Shown: positions 29,751-45,900 of the stretch, piece after piece
How the letters are laid out: each line of letters begins with the position of its first letter
How positions within the stretch are numbered: the first letter of the stretch is position 1
From: the human T2T-CHM13v2.0 reference genome, Homo sapiens
Assembly: GCF_009914755.1 (NCBI RefSeq)
Contig: NC_060929.1
Length of the DNA: 64,000 nucleotides
Reading direction: 5' to 3' (one strand)
Notes under the pieces: generated by a model
Told to the model about the DNA's origin: nothing
What the model saw: the letters and a program-made list of their open reading frames with translations, nothing else
Database searches by the model: none
Program-made: the position numbers and the translations under genes

Positions 29751-30599
29751 GTAAGTTAGTTTTCTGCTCTCCATTGTGCTCCTGAATTCATTAATGCTTC
29801 CCTTTGGCAGCTGTAATTTATTCATTTCACTGCTATCACTACTTTATCATATGAATATATGACAAGTTATCTAGTCCATTGTTGCTTATCTAGGTTGTTG
29901 TCAATGTTTTGCTAGTACAAAAAAATCCTGCTATAAACATTCTTGAAGATAACTTCTTGTGCAAAATTCCTGGAGTAGAGATAGATTTGTGCATCTTTGA
30001 TTTTACTGTATAATGTGAAATTGTTTTTTAAATAGTGCTATCAATTTACACACTTACCAGTATTGTATGATTGTACTGTCTGCTCTACAACCTTTCTAAT
30101 ACTTTTATTATTGCCAACCTAGTAGGTTTTAAATGATCTCTAATAATTATTTTATTTCTATGTTCTGGCTCCTAATGAGATTGGGCATTTAAAAATATTA
30201 TTATTGCCTGTATGCCAACAGGCAACAAATGACAAATTAAGATAATCAAAGGGACTAAATGCAAAGATGTGCATGTAGTATAGGAGAAACCAGGGATATC
30301 AGCCATAGAGCTGTTTTCACCTCCAGGTCTAAAAGGCTGAGTGGAGGGAGAAATTACTGGAAAACCCAGAACAGAGACTTGTAGAGCAGGGACTTTTATT
30401 TGAAAGAAACAGGCAGAAGGAGTAAGGAAACAAGGAGAAGAACTATCTCAACTTCATTCTCCTCCTGCCTGATCTTCTGCTAAAACATCAATGGGAATCG
30501 CCATTGGCCAAACCCAACTGGAAGTCAGAGGGTATTGGAACCCTCCTGATGTATTCCACAGAGGCTAGGATCCTGGTGCAGAATTCAGGATAAAGTAGG

Positions 30600-30945
30600 T
30601 GATATTGTTTAGTTGTGTCCCCACCTAAATCTCATCTTGAACTGTAGTTCCCATAGTCTCCACATGTCATTGGAGGGACCCAGTGGGAGATAATTAAATC
30701 ATGGGAATGATTACCCCCATGCTGCTGTTCTCTTGATAGTGGGTAAATTCTCACAAGATCTAATGGTTTTATAAGGGGCTCTTCCCCCTTTTGCTCACTT
30801 CTCTTTCCTGCCATCATGTCAAGAAGGACATGTTTGCTCCCCTTCTGCCATGGTTTTAAGTTTCCTGAGGCCTCCCAAGCCATGCAGAACTATGAGTCAA
30901 TTAAACCTCTTTCCTTTATAAATTACCCAGTCTCAGGTAGGTATA
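30600..30945 (+). mobile_element. THE1C/D-like MaLR LTR
   Basis: tgatattgtttagttgtgtccccacctaaatctcatcttgaactgtagttccc...aattacccagtctcagg. Confidence 0.85.
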
Positions 30946-31321
30946 TAGAGGCAATAATAATAATAATAATAAATTTAAAAAACAAAACAACAGATAAATG
31001 CATGAGCAATTTGGCTTTTCTGTGAGGTACCTAGTCAACACTTTTGACCATTTTAATATTAGCTTATTTATATTTATAGGAATTCTTTATGTGAACAATT
31101 ATTCCTATAACAAATAAGGCCAATTTTCTTTCTAATCCTAATGATTTTTCCTTTTTCTTGCCTTAATATGCTGAATAGAGGCTCCAGTACCAAAACAGTT
31201 GTAAGTTGTCATTACCTTTAAAAATATGTTTTCAATGAATTCTCCATTGTGTACTATAGTTTTTAAAAAAATTTCCAATGAATAGTAATGTTCAGCAAAT
31301 ACTTTTTCTCCTTTACTAGAT

Positions 31322-31532
31322 TAGGGGTCCACAAACTACTACCCCACAAGCCAAATCCAGCTCCACTATGTATTTTTGTAAATAAAATTGTATTGGAAAA
31401 TAGACTCATTTATTGAGTATATGGCTGCTTTCATCCTAAAATGGCAGAAGTTTGTATTTCCAAGAGTGTATAGCCCCAAAAGCAGAAAATATTTACTACC
31501 TAGTTTAGCTCTTTGCAGAAAACTTTTGCCAA
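31322..31532. mobile_element. MER58A-like hAT-Charlie MITE
   Basis: ggggtccacaaactac...gtaaataaaattgtattggaa...gaaaatatttacta...gaaaacttttgcc. Confidence 0.75.
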
Positions 31533-32349
31533 GGAGATAATTGTATATATATGAACACATATAGTTTTACTAGTTATTCTCAGTTTACCCACCTCAAATT
31601 AATTCTCTGTCCTTTTCTGCTCTGTTCCCTAGGAGGCTGATTTTTTTGGCTGCCTGTGTTTCCAAGCCCCCTTGCTCTGGCTTCCCATGATCGCTGACTA
31701 ATGAGGCAATAGTAGAAGATGGGAGGGTGGTATGCCATTGGTCACGGGTTTGACAGTAATTTTTAATTTTCACAGTTACAACTTGTTATTGTTTTGGGAT
31801 GGTTAGACTCTCTGCCATAACTCTATCTCTCACTTGGTATTTCCTCCTTCAGGTGTAGAGGTTTCTGGCTATTGCTAGTTACCATCCTTGGTTTGTTCCT
31901 TTTGAACAGTTCCTTAAATTCTCTTCAGTTATAACCATTTGTGTACTTCATCTCTCTCTTGCCAGGTCTCTTTAAAAATGTAGTCATTAATTGTATATAT
32001 CTTTTCTAACATTAAATCAATCTGACATTTTGGGAATCAGCTCAATTTGGTTATAATGCATATTGTTCTGTTTGCATCTTTGTATTTGTGTTCCCAAGAG
32101 AAAAACCGGTTATTTTCCTTCCTCATTCTGTCATTTCCATATTTTGATATCAAGTTTACACCACCCTCATAACATGAATTAAGAAATGTTTCATTTCTAC
32201 ACTATGAATAATTTGCATAAAGTTAAAATTACATACTTCTTAAATCTTGTTATAAATGTTTGGTAAAATCATCTGACATTATTTCTTCTTAAACCTCTTT
32301 GGTAAGTGAAATTTTTCTAAAATTCATCAATTTTATTAAGGTTTATTAG

Positions 32350-32880
<531 letters not shown>

Positions 32881-33775
32881 GTGTATGTTTATTTTCTATT
32901 CTATTAATTTCTATTATCTTTGTGATTTCAAATCTTTCTTTTGGCTTATTCACTTGTTCTTTTTGTACCATATTAAATTGGATGCTTTGCTCATTACTTC
33001 TTGACCTTTATTTTTAACCAATATAAGCACAAAATACATAAATTTTTCTCTGAGCAGTTTTAGTTGCATCCTACAAAAATTTTTAAGCAGTTTTATTGAG
33101 ATATAATTCACATGCCACCCGATTCATCCACTCACAATTCAATGGTTTGGGGTACTTATATTATTAATTTTTTAAAATTGTGGTAAAAATATACATACCA
33201 TAAAATTTACCATTTTGACCATTTAAAGTATATAATTCTGTGACATAATTGCATTCACAATATTATGCAAACATCACCAGTATCTATTTCCAAAACTTTT
33301 TCATTACTTCAAAGAGAAACTTTGTAATCTTTATGCATTAAAGATTAACTCCCCACTTCCCTTTCCCTCTGCCCCTGATTACTGCTAATCTACTTTTGTC
33401 TATAAAAATTTGCCTATTATAGATATTTTATATAAGTGGAATCATATAATATCTTTTTATTTATTATTCACTTAGCATAATATCTCCAAGGCTCATCCAT
33501 GTTGTATCATGTATCACAACTTCATTCCTTTCTATAGTTGCATAATCTTTCATTGTATGTATATGCTACATTTTGTTAATCCATTCGTCTATTGATGGAT
33601 CCTTGAATTGTTTCCACCTTTTGGCTATTGTGAATAATGATGCAATAAATATTGGCATAAAAATATCTGTTTGAGTCCCTACTTTCAATTCCTTTGGATA
33701 CATATCTAGGAGCGGAACTACAGGATCATATGGTAATTGTTTAACTTTTTGAGGAATTGGCAGTGTTTTCCATAG

Positions 33776-34925
<1,150 letters not shown>

Positions 34926-35220
34926 ATCCTAGGCAATACTTGTCATATTTCTTTTTTTTTTTTTTTTGTAGGATATGATAGCCATTCTAGTAGGTGTGAA
35001 GTGGTATCTCATAGTGGTTTTGACTTGCATTTCCCTGATGACTAATCATGTTGAACATCTTTTCATGTGATTATCAACCATTTGTACATCTTTTTTGGGG
35101 GGAATATCTAATAAAGGGCTTGAGTTATTTTTTGTGTATTGAGTCATAGTTCTTTATATATTCAGGATATTATACCTTTTTCACATTATATATTTTTAAA
35201 AAACATTACCCCTTTTGTAA

Positions 35221-35544
<324 letters not shown>

Positions 35545-37621
35545 AAAATTTGTGATTTTTAACGTATTTGTGATCAGTACAGATTAACGGAAGACTGACT
35601 CTTAAGTTCTATTCTTAAAGCCTAGGCAGATTTGCCACTGATTTGCTTCAAGCTGTGAGCAAGTCACATAAACCATCCCTATGATTATTTTATTACTGTT
35701 TATTCATCACATAAAATTGAAAAATTAATAATATATGTATATATTTATAAGGATGAAATTCTAAATGGACATATAAAAAATGCAGGATAAAATACTGCCC
35801 AGAAACCCAGAGAGTGTAAGTTATATATTACTGTGCAATCAGAAAACATGATTTTGGAGGAAGGGAACCATTCCATTTAGTATTTTTCCCTCCACCACTA
35901 TATGAAAGTGTTACTGAAGAAGTGAAGAGAATCCAGACTCCCTACTCTTTAGCCTTTTCCGCATTCTCCATTTCAACACCTGGGGCCTCTTCTCTCGGAA
36001 CTAATAGAAGCTTAGAGGGGATGTAGGGGAGAAGTTGACATGTGATCTCCTCCAGCTACTAACCACGCCAAATAATTTGCTCTCCTCTGTCTGCTTCTGA
36101 CAAATCCCTTCAAAGTTTAGACAATGAGGTGCTCAGATAAGGGAAATCCCTTGGGCCTAATATTCTTTAACTAACAAACAAAATGTGCTTGGGGAAACAA
36201 AGGAAGAAGCATTAATAGGGGTAGCAAGTAAGGGAAGGGGTGAGGAGGACACCGACAGATTAGAAGTAGAAGAATCATCTGGCCCAGGCCTCAAGCTCTG
36301 GTTAAGCTACCAATTTAAATACTTATTAATTTAATGGCACTTAACTGATCTTTCCCTGCTTAATATTAACAATGCATAAAGCTAACATTTCTCCCTCAAT
36401 AATAAATGCATTTGTATAAAACAAAAGTTTGAAACTACTTTTTTTAATGCACATTTTGGTTTTTATTAATTATAATGATTAGAAACTCCAAAACTGGAAG
36501 TGACTCAGTCACTTTTAGACATTTGAGCAAAATATTCTGTTACAGCTTTCTGAGCAGTCAAAAATCAGCAGAATGGAATACTTACGCTTTTTACGGCTTA
36601 AGATAGGGATCCCAATAAACGTCTGTGCAAAAGTCTACAAGTAAAATTTTCAGATTAGATGTAGGTGAAGAAATGTATTCCTAAGAATTACTGGTCACTT
36701 TTTCATTATTCTACTAGAATATAAGTTCTAGGAGGGCAGAAATTTTTATTTGTAATTGATATAATCTCAGTGCCAGTATCTGGAACATAGTAGGCATTTA
36801 ATGTGTATCTTCTTTGAATGTATAAATGAATTGCATAGTTTAAAAATGTAATATGTTTTCTTTTATAAATCTTAGTGAGTTACTCTTTTTAATGGTAATA
36901 TAATAAGATTTTATACTTGAAATGGTAATCATATTTTAAAATAACTTTTTAAACAAGGAAATTATTCTCATTCAAAATAGAATCTTCATTTACTATAGTT
37001 CAGCATCTCCATTTCCTTCTATATAATGCTTTGAACAGTACCACAAGGTGTCATACAAAACCTCATAAAGACATTTCTAGATTTTTTTGGTCAAAATTTT
37101 GTTACATACTTACAGAAAAATTCCCTTAAATCCAGGCAAGAGGGATCCCATTCTGGACCCTTTTCTTGAAAACTAGGCTGTATCCTCCTGTAGCTCATGC
37201 CACTCCCTGCTGGGTAAGATCTCAGGGCCCTGAGATATACTCTTCTTCACCTGGAGAACCTCTTTCAGCTCCTTCCTGGTCTGTCTACAGAGGGTGGATG
37301 AACAATTGAGAAAGCTTATTCTAAAAGGCCTGGGCTGGTCAAGGGGCACCTCTACAGAAGCTGGGGTCACTTATCCTTGGGAAGGAACAGGATTGAGACA
37401 GAGACCAGTTCTCCCTAAGTTGCCATTCACTAGTGTGGGGCTCTAAGGAGTCCAAGAATCCTAGGAACCTTAGGTATATTTGCTGAGGTAGGAAAAGTTT
37501 CTTAGCTTGATTTAAACCTCCTAAATATTCAAGTATACAGTATGTGAACCTCCATTTTTACTCTTGACAGGGCACTGCAAACATAAACATTAGAGCTAAA
37601 GACTGTATGTATAAAAATCTC

Positions 37622-37932
<311 letters not shown>

Positions 37933-39917
37933 AATCTCTGAGTGTTTTCTCTGCATATTTGTTAATGTAAAAATTGTATTTGGAATCTCTGCATTAGAAT
38001 TCTGAAATTTCAGTAATAAAATCAGCGATTTCTTTGAATGGCATATATTGGCTATTTATCAGGGAATAAAAGTAAAACGAACTTTGATAATAAATTGCCT
38101 ATAACAGAATTTGCAAAAAAAAAAAGAAAAAAGAAAACGAAAAAGATGAGTGTGACAGCTATTAAAGCTATCAACTAATATTCTGCTTCTCCTTCCAGGA
38201 ATATGGTAGGGCTGCACTTACCTACCTGTCTTTGGTATTAGGGTGGCTGTATGGCTAGTTAATTTTTTCCAATCTGTGGTTTAGACTCTAACAGCTTTAT
38301 AAGCCATAATTCATCTACCATAAAGCTCACTTTTAAAAAGTTCATAAAAATATTCAGGAGTGACATAAATAAATATCATCAATGGTCTGGATGTAATGCT
38401 GTTAGGATAAATAGTAATTGAGATAACCATAAAGTAGTTTCTATGGCTGTTTTATTATTTCTCATATAAATTGCTGTTGAATCTAGAATTATTTTATTTC
38501 ATAACTTCTCTTTCTGTATTTCCCAGCTTTGAGGTAAAACTGATTAATAAAAATTATAAATATTCAGAATGTACACTGTGGTATTTTAATGTATGTATAC
38601 ATTGTGAAGTAATTATAATCAGGCTAATTAACATATCCATCACCTCACATAATTAACTTTTGTGTGGGTTGTGTGGTGGGAACACGTAAGATCTACTTTC
38701 TTATCAAATTTCAAATGTACAATAAAGTATTATTAACTATGGCCACCATGCTGTACATTAGCTCTCTAGAATTTATTCATTCTGACAGAAACTTTGTATT
38801 CTTTGACTAATACCTCCCCATTCCTCTCACTCCCAACCCCTGGCAACCACCATTCTACTCTCTGCTTCTGAGTTCAACATTTTTAGATTTTACATATAAG
38901 GCTGAAAAAATATTCCTTTGTATGCATACATATCACATTTTCTTTATCCATACCTCCATTAGTGGACATTTAGGTTGATCCATATCATGGCTATTGTGAA
39001 TAATGATGCAATGACCATGGAAGTGTAGATATCCCTTCAACATACCTATTTCAGTACCTTTGAAGGAAATTGTGGGTCATATGTTAGTTTTTTAATTTTT
39101 TGAGGAGCCTCCATAGGGTATTTTATAATGACTATACCATTGCGCCCTGCCACCAAAAATGTACATGGGTTCCTTTGTCTTTAAATCCTCACCAGAGATT
39201 GCTATCTTTTTGATAATAGCCATTCTAACAGGTGTAAAACTATACGTCATTTTGGTTTTAAACTGTATTTTTCTGATGATTAGCAATGTTGAACATTTTT
39301 TCATGCATCTGTTGGCCATTTCTATGTCTTGTCTGAAAAAATGTATATTCAAGCCCTTTGCCCATTTTTAAATCTGGTTATTAGTTTTCTTGCCATTGAA
39401 CAGAGTTCCTTAGAAATTTTGGATATTAACCCCTTAACAGATGCAAGATTTGCAAATATTTTCACCCATTCCATATTGTTTTCATTGCTGTGCAGAAGCT
39501 TTTAGTTTGATGCAATCTTTGTCTATTTTTGCTCTCGATGCCTGTGTTCATTTTGAGATAATGTACAAAAATAATTATCAAGACTATTGTTAAGAAGTAT
39601 TTCCCCTGTTTTCTTCTAATTGTTTCACAGTTTCAGGCCCTAGATTTAAGGCTTTAATCCATTTTGAGCTGATTTCTGTATATGGTGTGAGGTATAGGTT
39701 CAATTTCATTCTTTTGGATGTGGATATCCAGTTTTAATAGCACCATTTATGGAAGAAAGTGTGTTTTTCCCATTGTGTGTCCTTGCAAACTTTGTCAAAG
39801 ATATACCATAAATGCATAGATTTCTTGGCTTTCTATTATGTTCCATTGATCTGTATGTTTCTTTTTATGCCAGTATTTTGAAGTCAAGTAGTATAATGCC
39901 TCCAGCTTTGTTCTTTT

Positions 39918-42900
39918 ATTTTTTAATTTAATTTTTTTTTTACTTTAAGTTCTGGGATACATGTGCACAATGTGCAGGTCTGTCACATAGGTATACATCT
40001 GCCATGATGGTTTGCTGCACCTATCAACCCGTCACCTATGTTTTAAGCCCCATATGCATCAGCTATTTGTCCTGATGCTCTCCCTTCCCTCACCAGCCAC
40101 CCTTCTGACAGGCCCTGGTGTGTGTTGTTCTCCTTGTGTCCATGTGTTCTCAGCGTTCAACTCCCACTTATGAGTGAGAACATGCAGTGTTTGGTTTTCT
40201 GTTCCTGTGTTAGTTTGCTGAGTATGATGGCTTCCAGCTTCATTCATGTCCCTGCAAAGGACATCATCTCATTCCTTTTTATGGCTGCATAGTATTTTAG
40301 ATTTTACATATAAGGCTGAAAAAATATTCCTTTGTATGCATACATATCACAGAACCAGAAATACCATTTGACCCAGCAATCCCATTACTGGGTATATACC
40401 CAAAGGAATATAAATCATTCTATTATAAAGATAAATGCACACATATTGCAGCACTATTCAAAATAGCAAAGACATGGAACCAACCCAGATGCCCATCAGT
40501 GACAGACTGGATAAATAAAATGTGGTATATATACACCACGTTATCTCATTGTGGTTTTGATTTGCATTTCTCTAACAACCAGTGATGTTAAGCTTTTTTC
40601 ACGTCTGTTGGCCACATCAATGTCTTCTTTTGAGAAGCATCTGCTCATATCCTTTGCCCACTTTTTGATGGGTTGTTTGTCTTTTTCTTGTAAATTTCTT
40701 TGAGTTCCTTGTAAATTTTGGATATTAGACCTTTGTTGGATGGGAAGATTGCAAAAATTTTCACCCATTCTGTAGGCTGCCTGTTTACTCTGATGATAGT
40801 TTCTTTTGCTGTGCAGAGGCTCTTTAGATTAATTAGATCCCATTTGTCAATTTTAGTTTTTGTTGTAACTGCTTTTGGCAATTTCATCGTAAAATCTTAG
40901 CCCATGCCTATGTCCTGAATGGTATTGCCTAGGTTTTCTTCTAGGGTTTTTATGGTTTTGGGTTTCACATTTAAGTCTTAGATCCATCCTGAGTTAATTT
41001 TTGTATAAGGTGTAAGGAAGGGGTCCAGTTTCAGTTTTCTGCATATGGCCAGCCAGTTTTCTCAGCACCATTTACTAAATAGGGACTCTTTTCCCCATTG
41101 CTTGTTTTTGTCTGGTTTGTTGAAAATCAGATCGTTGTAGATGTGTGGCCTTATTTCTGAGGTCTCTATTCTGTTCCGTTGGCCTACATGTCTGTGTTGG
41201 TACCAGTACCATGCTGTTTTGGTTACTGTAGCCTTTTAGTGTAGTTAGAAGTCAGGTAGTGTGATGCCTCCAGCTTTGTTCTTTCTGCTTAGGATTGTCT
41301 TGGCTATATGGGCTCTTTTTTGGTTCCATATAAATTTGAAAGTAGTTTTTTTTTTTTCTAATTTTGTGAAGAATGTCAATGGTAGTTTGATGGGAATAGC
41401 ACTGAATCTGTAAATTACTTTGGGCAGTATGGCCATTTTCACGATATTGATTCTTCCTGTCCATGAGGATGAAATGTTTTTCCATTTGTTTGTGTCCTCT
41501 CTTTTTGCTTTAGCAGTGGTTTGTAGTTCTCCTTGCAAAGGTCCTTCATGTCTGATATGGTTTGGCTCTGTGTCTCCAGCCAAATCTCATCTTGTAGCTC
41601 CCATAATTCACACATGCTGTGGGAGGGACCTGGTGGGAGATGATTGAATGATGGCTGTGAGTCTCTCCCATGCTGTTCTTGTGGTACTGAATGGGTCTCA
41701 CAGGATCTGATGCGTTTTAAAATGGGAGTTGCCCTGCACAAGCTCTCTTTTTGCCTGCTGCCATCCATGTAAGATGTGACTTGCTCCTCCTTGCCTTCCA
41801 CCAAGATTGTGAGGCCTCCCCAGCCACGTGGAACTGTAAATCCAGTAAACCTCTTTGTTTTGTAAATTGCCCAGTCTGGAGTATGTCTTTATCAGCAGCG
41901 TGAAAACAGACTAATGAAGTAAATTGGTACTAGTAGAGTAAGGCATTGCTGAAAAGATACCTGAAAATATGGAAGCAACATTGGAACTGGGTAACAGGCA
42001 GAGGTTGGAACAGTCTGGAGGGCTCAGAAGAAGACAGGAAAATGTGGGAAAGTTTGGAACTTCCTAAAGACTTCTGAATGGCTTTGACAAAAATGCTGAT
42101 AGTGATATGAACAATAAGGTCCAGGCTGAGGTGGTCTCAGATGGAGATAAGGAACTTGTTGGGAACTGGAGCAAAGGTAACTCTTGTAATGTTTCATCAA
42201 AGAGACTGGTGGCATTTTGCCCCTGCCCAGGAGACTTGTGGAACTTGGAACTGGAGGCAGATGATTTAGGATCTGGCAGAAGAAATTTCTAAGCAGCAAA
42301 ACATTCAAGAGGTGACTTGGGTGCTGTTAAAAGGATTCAGTTTTGAAAGTGAAACACAGCATAAAACTTTGGAAAATTTGCAGCCAGACAATGCAATAGA
42401 AAAGAAAATCCCATTTTCTGAGGCAAAATTCAAGCTGGCTGCAGAAATCTGCAAAAGTAATGAGGAGCTGAATGTTAATTCTGAAGACAATAGGGAAAAT
42501 GTCTTCAGGGCATTTCAGAGGTCTTCACAGCAGCCCCTCCCATCACAGGCCCAGAGGCCTAGGGGGAAAAGATGGTTTTGTGGGCCAGGTCCAGGACCCC
42601 CCCTGCTCTGTGCAGCCTAGGGACTTGGTACACTGTGTTCTAGCTGCTCCAGCCATGGAAGAAAGGGGCCAGGGTACAGCTCAGGCTGTTGCTTCAGAGG
42701 GTGGAAGCCCCAATTCTTATCAGCTTCTACACAGTATTGAATCTGTAAGTGCACAGATGTCAAGAATTGAGGTTTGGGAACCTCTGCCTAGATTTCAGAA
42801 GATTTATGAAAATGCCTGGATGCCCAGGAAGAAGTTTGCTGCAGGGGTGGGGCCCTCATGGAGAACCTCTGCTACGGCAGTGCAGAAGGGAAATGTGGGG

Positions 42901-45900
42901 TCAGAGATGCCGTGCAGAGTCCTTACTGGGGGAGCACCTAGTGGAGCAGTGAGAAGAGGGCCACCATCCTCCAGACCCCAGACTGGTAGATCCATGGAGA
43001 GCTTGCACCGTGTGCCTGAAAAAGCCAAAGACATTCAATGCCAGCCTGTGAAAGCAACTGGGAGAGAGGCTATACCCTGCAAAGCCACAGGGGTGCAGGT
43101 GCCAAAGAATATGGGAACCTACCTATTGCATCAGTGTGACTTGGATGTGAGACATGGAGTCAAGAGATCATTTTGGAGCTTTAACTGCCCTGCTGGATAT
43201 TGGACTTGCATGGGGCCTGTAGTCCCTTTGTTTTGGCCAATTTCTCCCATTTGGAGAGGCTGTATTTATCCAATGCCTCTACCCCCATTGTATCTAGCAA
43301 GTAACTAACTTGCTTTTCATATTACAGGCTCATAGGCAGAGGGACTTGCCTTGTCTCAGATGAAACTTTGGACTGTGGACATTTCGGTTAATGTCAAAAT
43401 GAGCTGAGACTTTGGGTGACTGTTGGGAAGACATGATTGGTTTTGAAATGTGGAGATATGAGATATGAGAGGGAATAATATTGTCTGGTTCTGTGTCCCC
43501 ACCCAAATGTCATCTTGTATCTCCCGTAATTCCCACGTGTTGTGGGAGGGACACAGTGGGAGATGATTGAATTATGGGGTGGGTCTCTCCCATGCTGTTC
43601 TCATGATAGTGAATGGGTCTCACGAGATCTGATGGTTTTAGAAATGGGAGATGTCCTGCATAAGCTCTCCTTTTGTCTGCTGCCATCCATGTAAGATGTG
43701 ACTTGCTCCTCCTTGCCACCCGCCATGATTGTGAAACCTCCCCAGCCACATGAAACTGTTAAGTCCAATGAACCTCTTTCTTTAGTAAATTGCCCAGTCT
43801 TGGGTATGTCTTTACCAGCAGTGTGAAAAGACTAATACAACAACCCTTGTTAGCTGTATTCCTAGATATTTTATTCTTTTTGTAGCAACTGTGAATGGGA
43901 GTTCACTCATGATATGGCTCTCTGCTTGTGTATTGTTAATGTATAGAAATGCTTGTGAATTTTGCACACTGATTTTGTATCTGACACTTTGCTGAAATTG
44001 CTTATCAGCTGAAATGAGGGGGTTTTCTACATATAGGATCATCTTGTCTGCAAACGGAGACAATTTGACTTTCTCTCTTCCTATTTGAATACCGTTTCTG
44101 TCTTTCTCTTGCTTGACTGCTCTGGTCAGAAGTTCCAAAACTATGTTGAATAGGAGTGATGAGAGGGCATCCTTGTCTTGTGCCGGTCTTCAAAGCCCTG
44201 TGCCAGTCTTCAAAGGGAATATTCTGCTTTTGCCTGTTCAGTATGATATTGGCTGTGGGTTTGTCATAAATAGCTCTTATTATTTTGAGATATGTTCCAT
44301 CAATACCTGATTTATAGAGTTTTTAACATGAAGGGATGTTGAATTTTCTCAAAGGCCTTTTCTGCATCTATTGAGATAATCTTGTGGTTTTTGTCATTGG
44401 TTCTGTTTATGTGATGGGTTACATTTACTGATGTGCGTATGTTGAACCGGCCTTGCATCCCAAGGATAAAACCAACTTGATCATGGTGGATAACCTTTTG
44501 ATGTGCTGCTGGATACAGTTTGCCAGTATATTATTGAGGATTTTCACACGGATGTTCATCAGGGATATTGGCCTGAAGTTTTCTTTTTTGTAGTGTCTCT
44601 GCCAGGTTTTGGTATCAGGATGATGCTGGCCTCATAAAATGAGTTAGGAAGGAGTCCCTCCTTTTCAATTGTTTGGAATAGTTTCAGAAGCAACGGTACC
44701 AGCTCCTCTTTGTATCTCTGGTAGAATTTGGTTGTAAATCTGTCTGGTCCTGGGCTTTGTTTGGTTGGTAAGCTATTTATTACTGCCTCAATTTTGGAAC
44801 TTGGTATTTGCCGATTCAGGGATTTGACTTCTTCCTGGTTTAGTCTTGGGAGGGTGTATGTATCCAGGAATTTATCCATTTCTTCTAGATTTTCTAGTTT
44901 ATTTGCACAGGAGTGTTCATAGTATATTTTATGGTAGTTTGTATTTCTGTGGGGTCAGTGATGATATCCCCTTTATCATTTTTTATTGTGTCTGTTTGAT
45001 TCTTCTTTCTTTTCTTCTTTACTATCTAGCTAGTGTTCCATTTTGTTAATTTTTCCAAAAAAATAAACCACTCCTGGATTCATTTATTTTTTTGAAGAGT
45101 TGTTTCTCTATCTCCTCCAGTTCCATTCTGATCTTAGTTATTTCTAGTCTTCTGTTAGCTCTGGACTTGTTTGCTCTTGCTTCTCTAGGTCTTTTGTGAT
45201 GTTATGGTGTTGACCTGAGATCTTTCTAGCTGACGTGGGCATTTAGTGCTATACATTTCCCCCTTAATACTGCTTTAGCTACAGCTCAGTGATTCTAGTA
45301 CATTGTCTCTTTGTTCTCATTGGTTTCAAAGAACTTCTTGATGTCTGCCTTAATTTCATTATTTACCCAGGAGTCATTCAGGAGCAGGTTGTCCAATTTC
45401 CATGTAGTTTTGTGGTTTTCAGGGAGTTTCTTAATCCTGAGTTCCAATTTGATTGCATTGTGGTCTGAGAGACTGTTATTATTTCAGTTCTTTTGCATTT
45501 GCTGAGGAGTGTTTTACTTCCAAATATATGGTCGATTTTATAATAAGTGCCATGTGGCACTGAGAAGAATGTATATTTTGTTGTTTGGAGGTGGAGAGTT
45601 CTGTAGATATATATTAGGTCCACTTGATCCAGAGCTAAGTACAAGTCCTGAATATCCTTGTTAATCTTCTCTCTCATTGGTCTAATATTGACAGTGTGGT
45701 GTTAATATCTCACACTATTATTGCGTGGAAGTCTAAATCTCTTTGTAGGTCTCTAAGAACTTATTTTATGAATCTGGGTGTTCCTGTATTGGGTGCATAT
45801 ATATATCTTCTTGTTGAATTGATCCCTTTACCATTATGTTAATGCTCTTCTTCGTCTTTTTTTAAATCTTTGTTGGTTTAAAGTCTGTTTTGTCAGAGAC

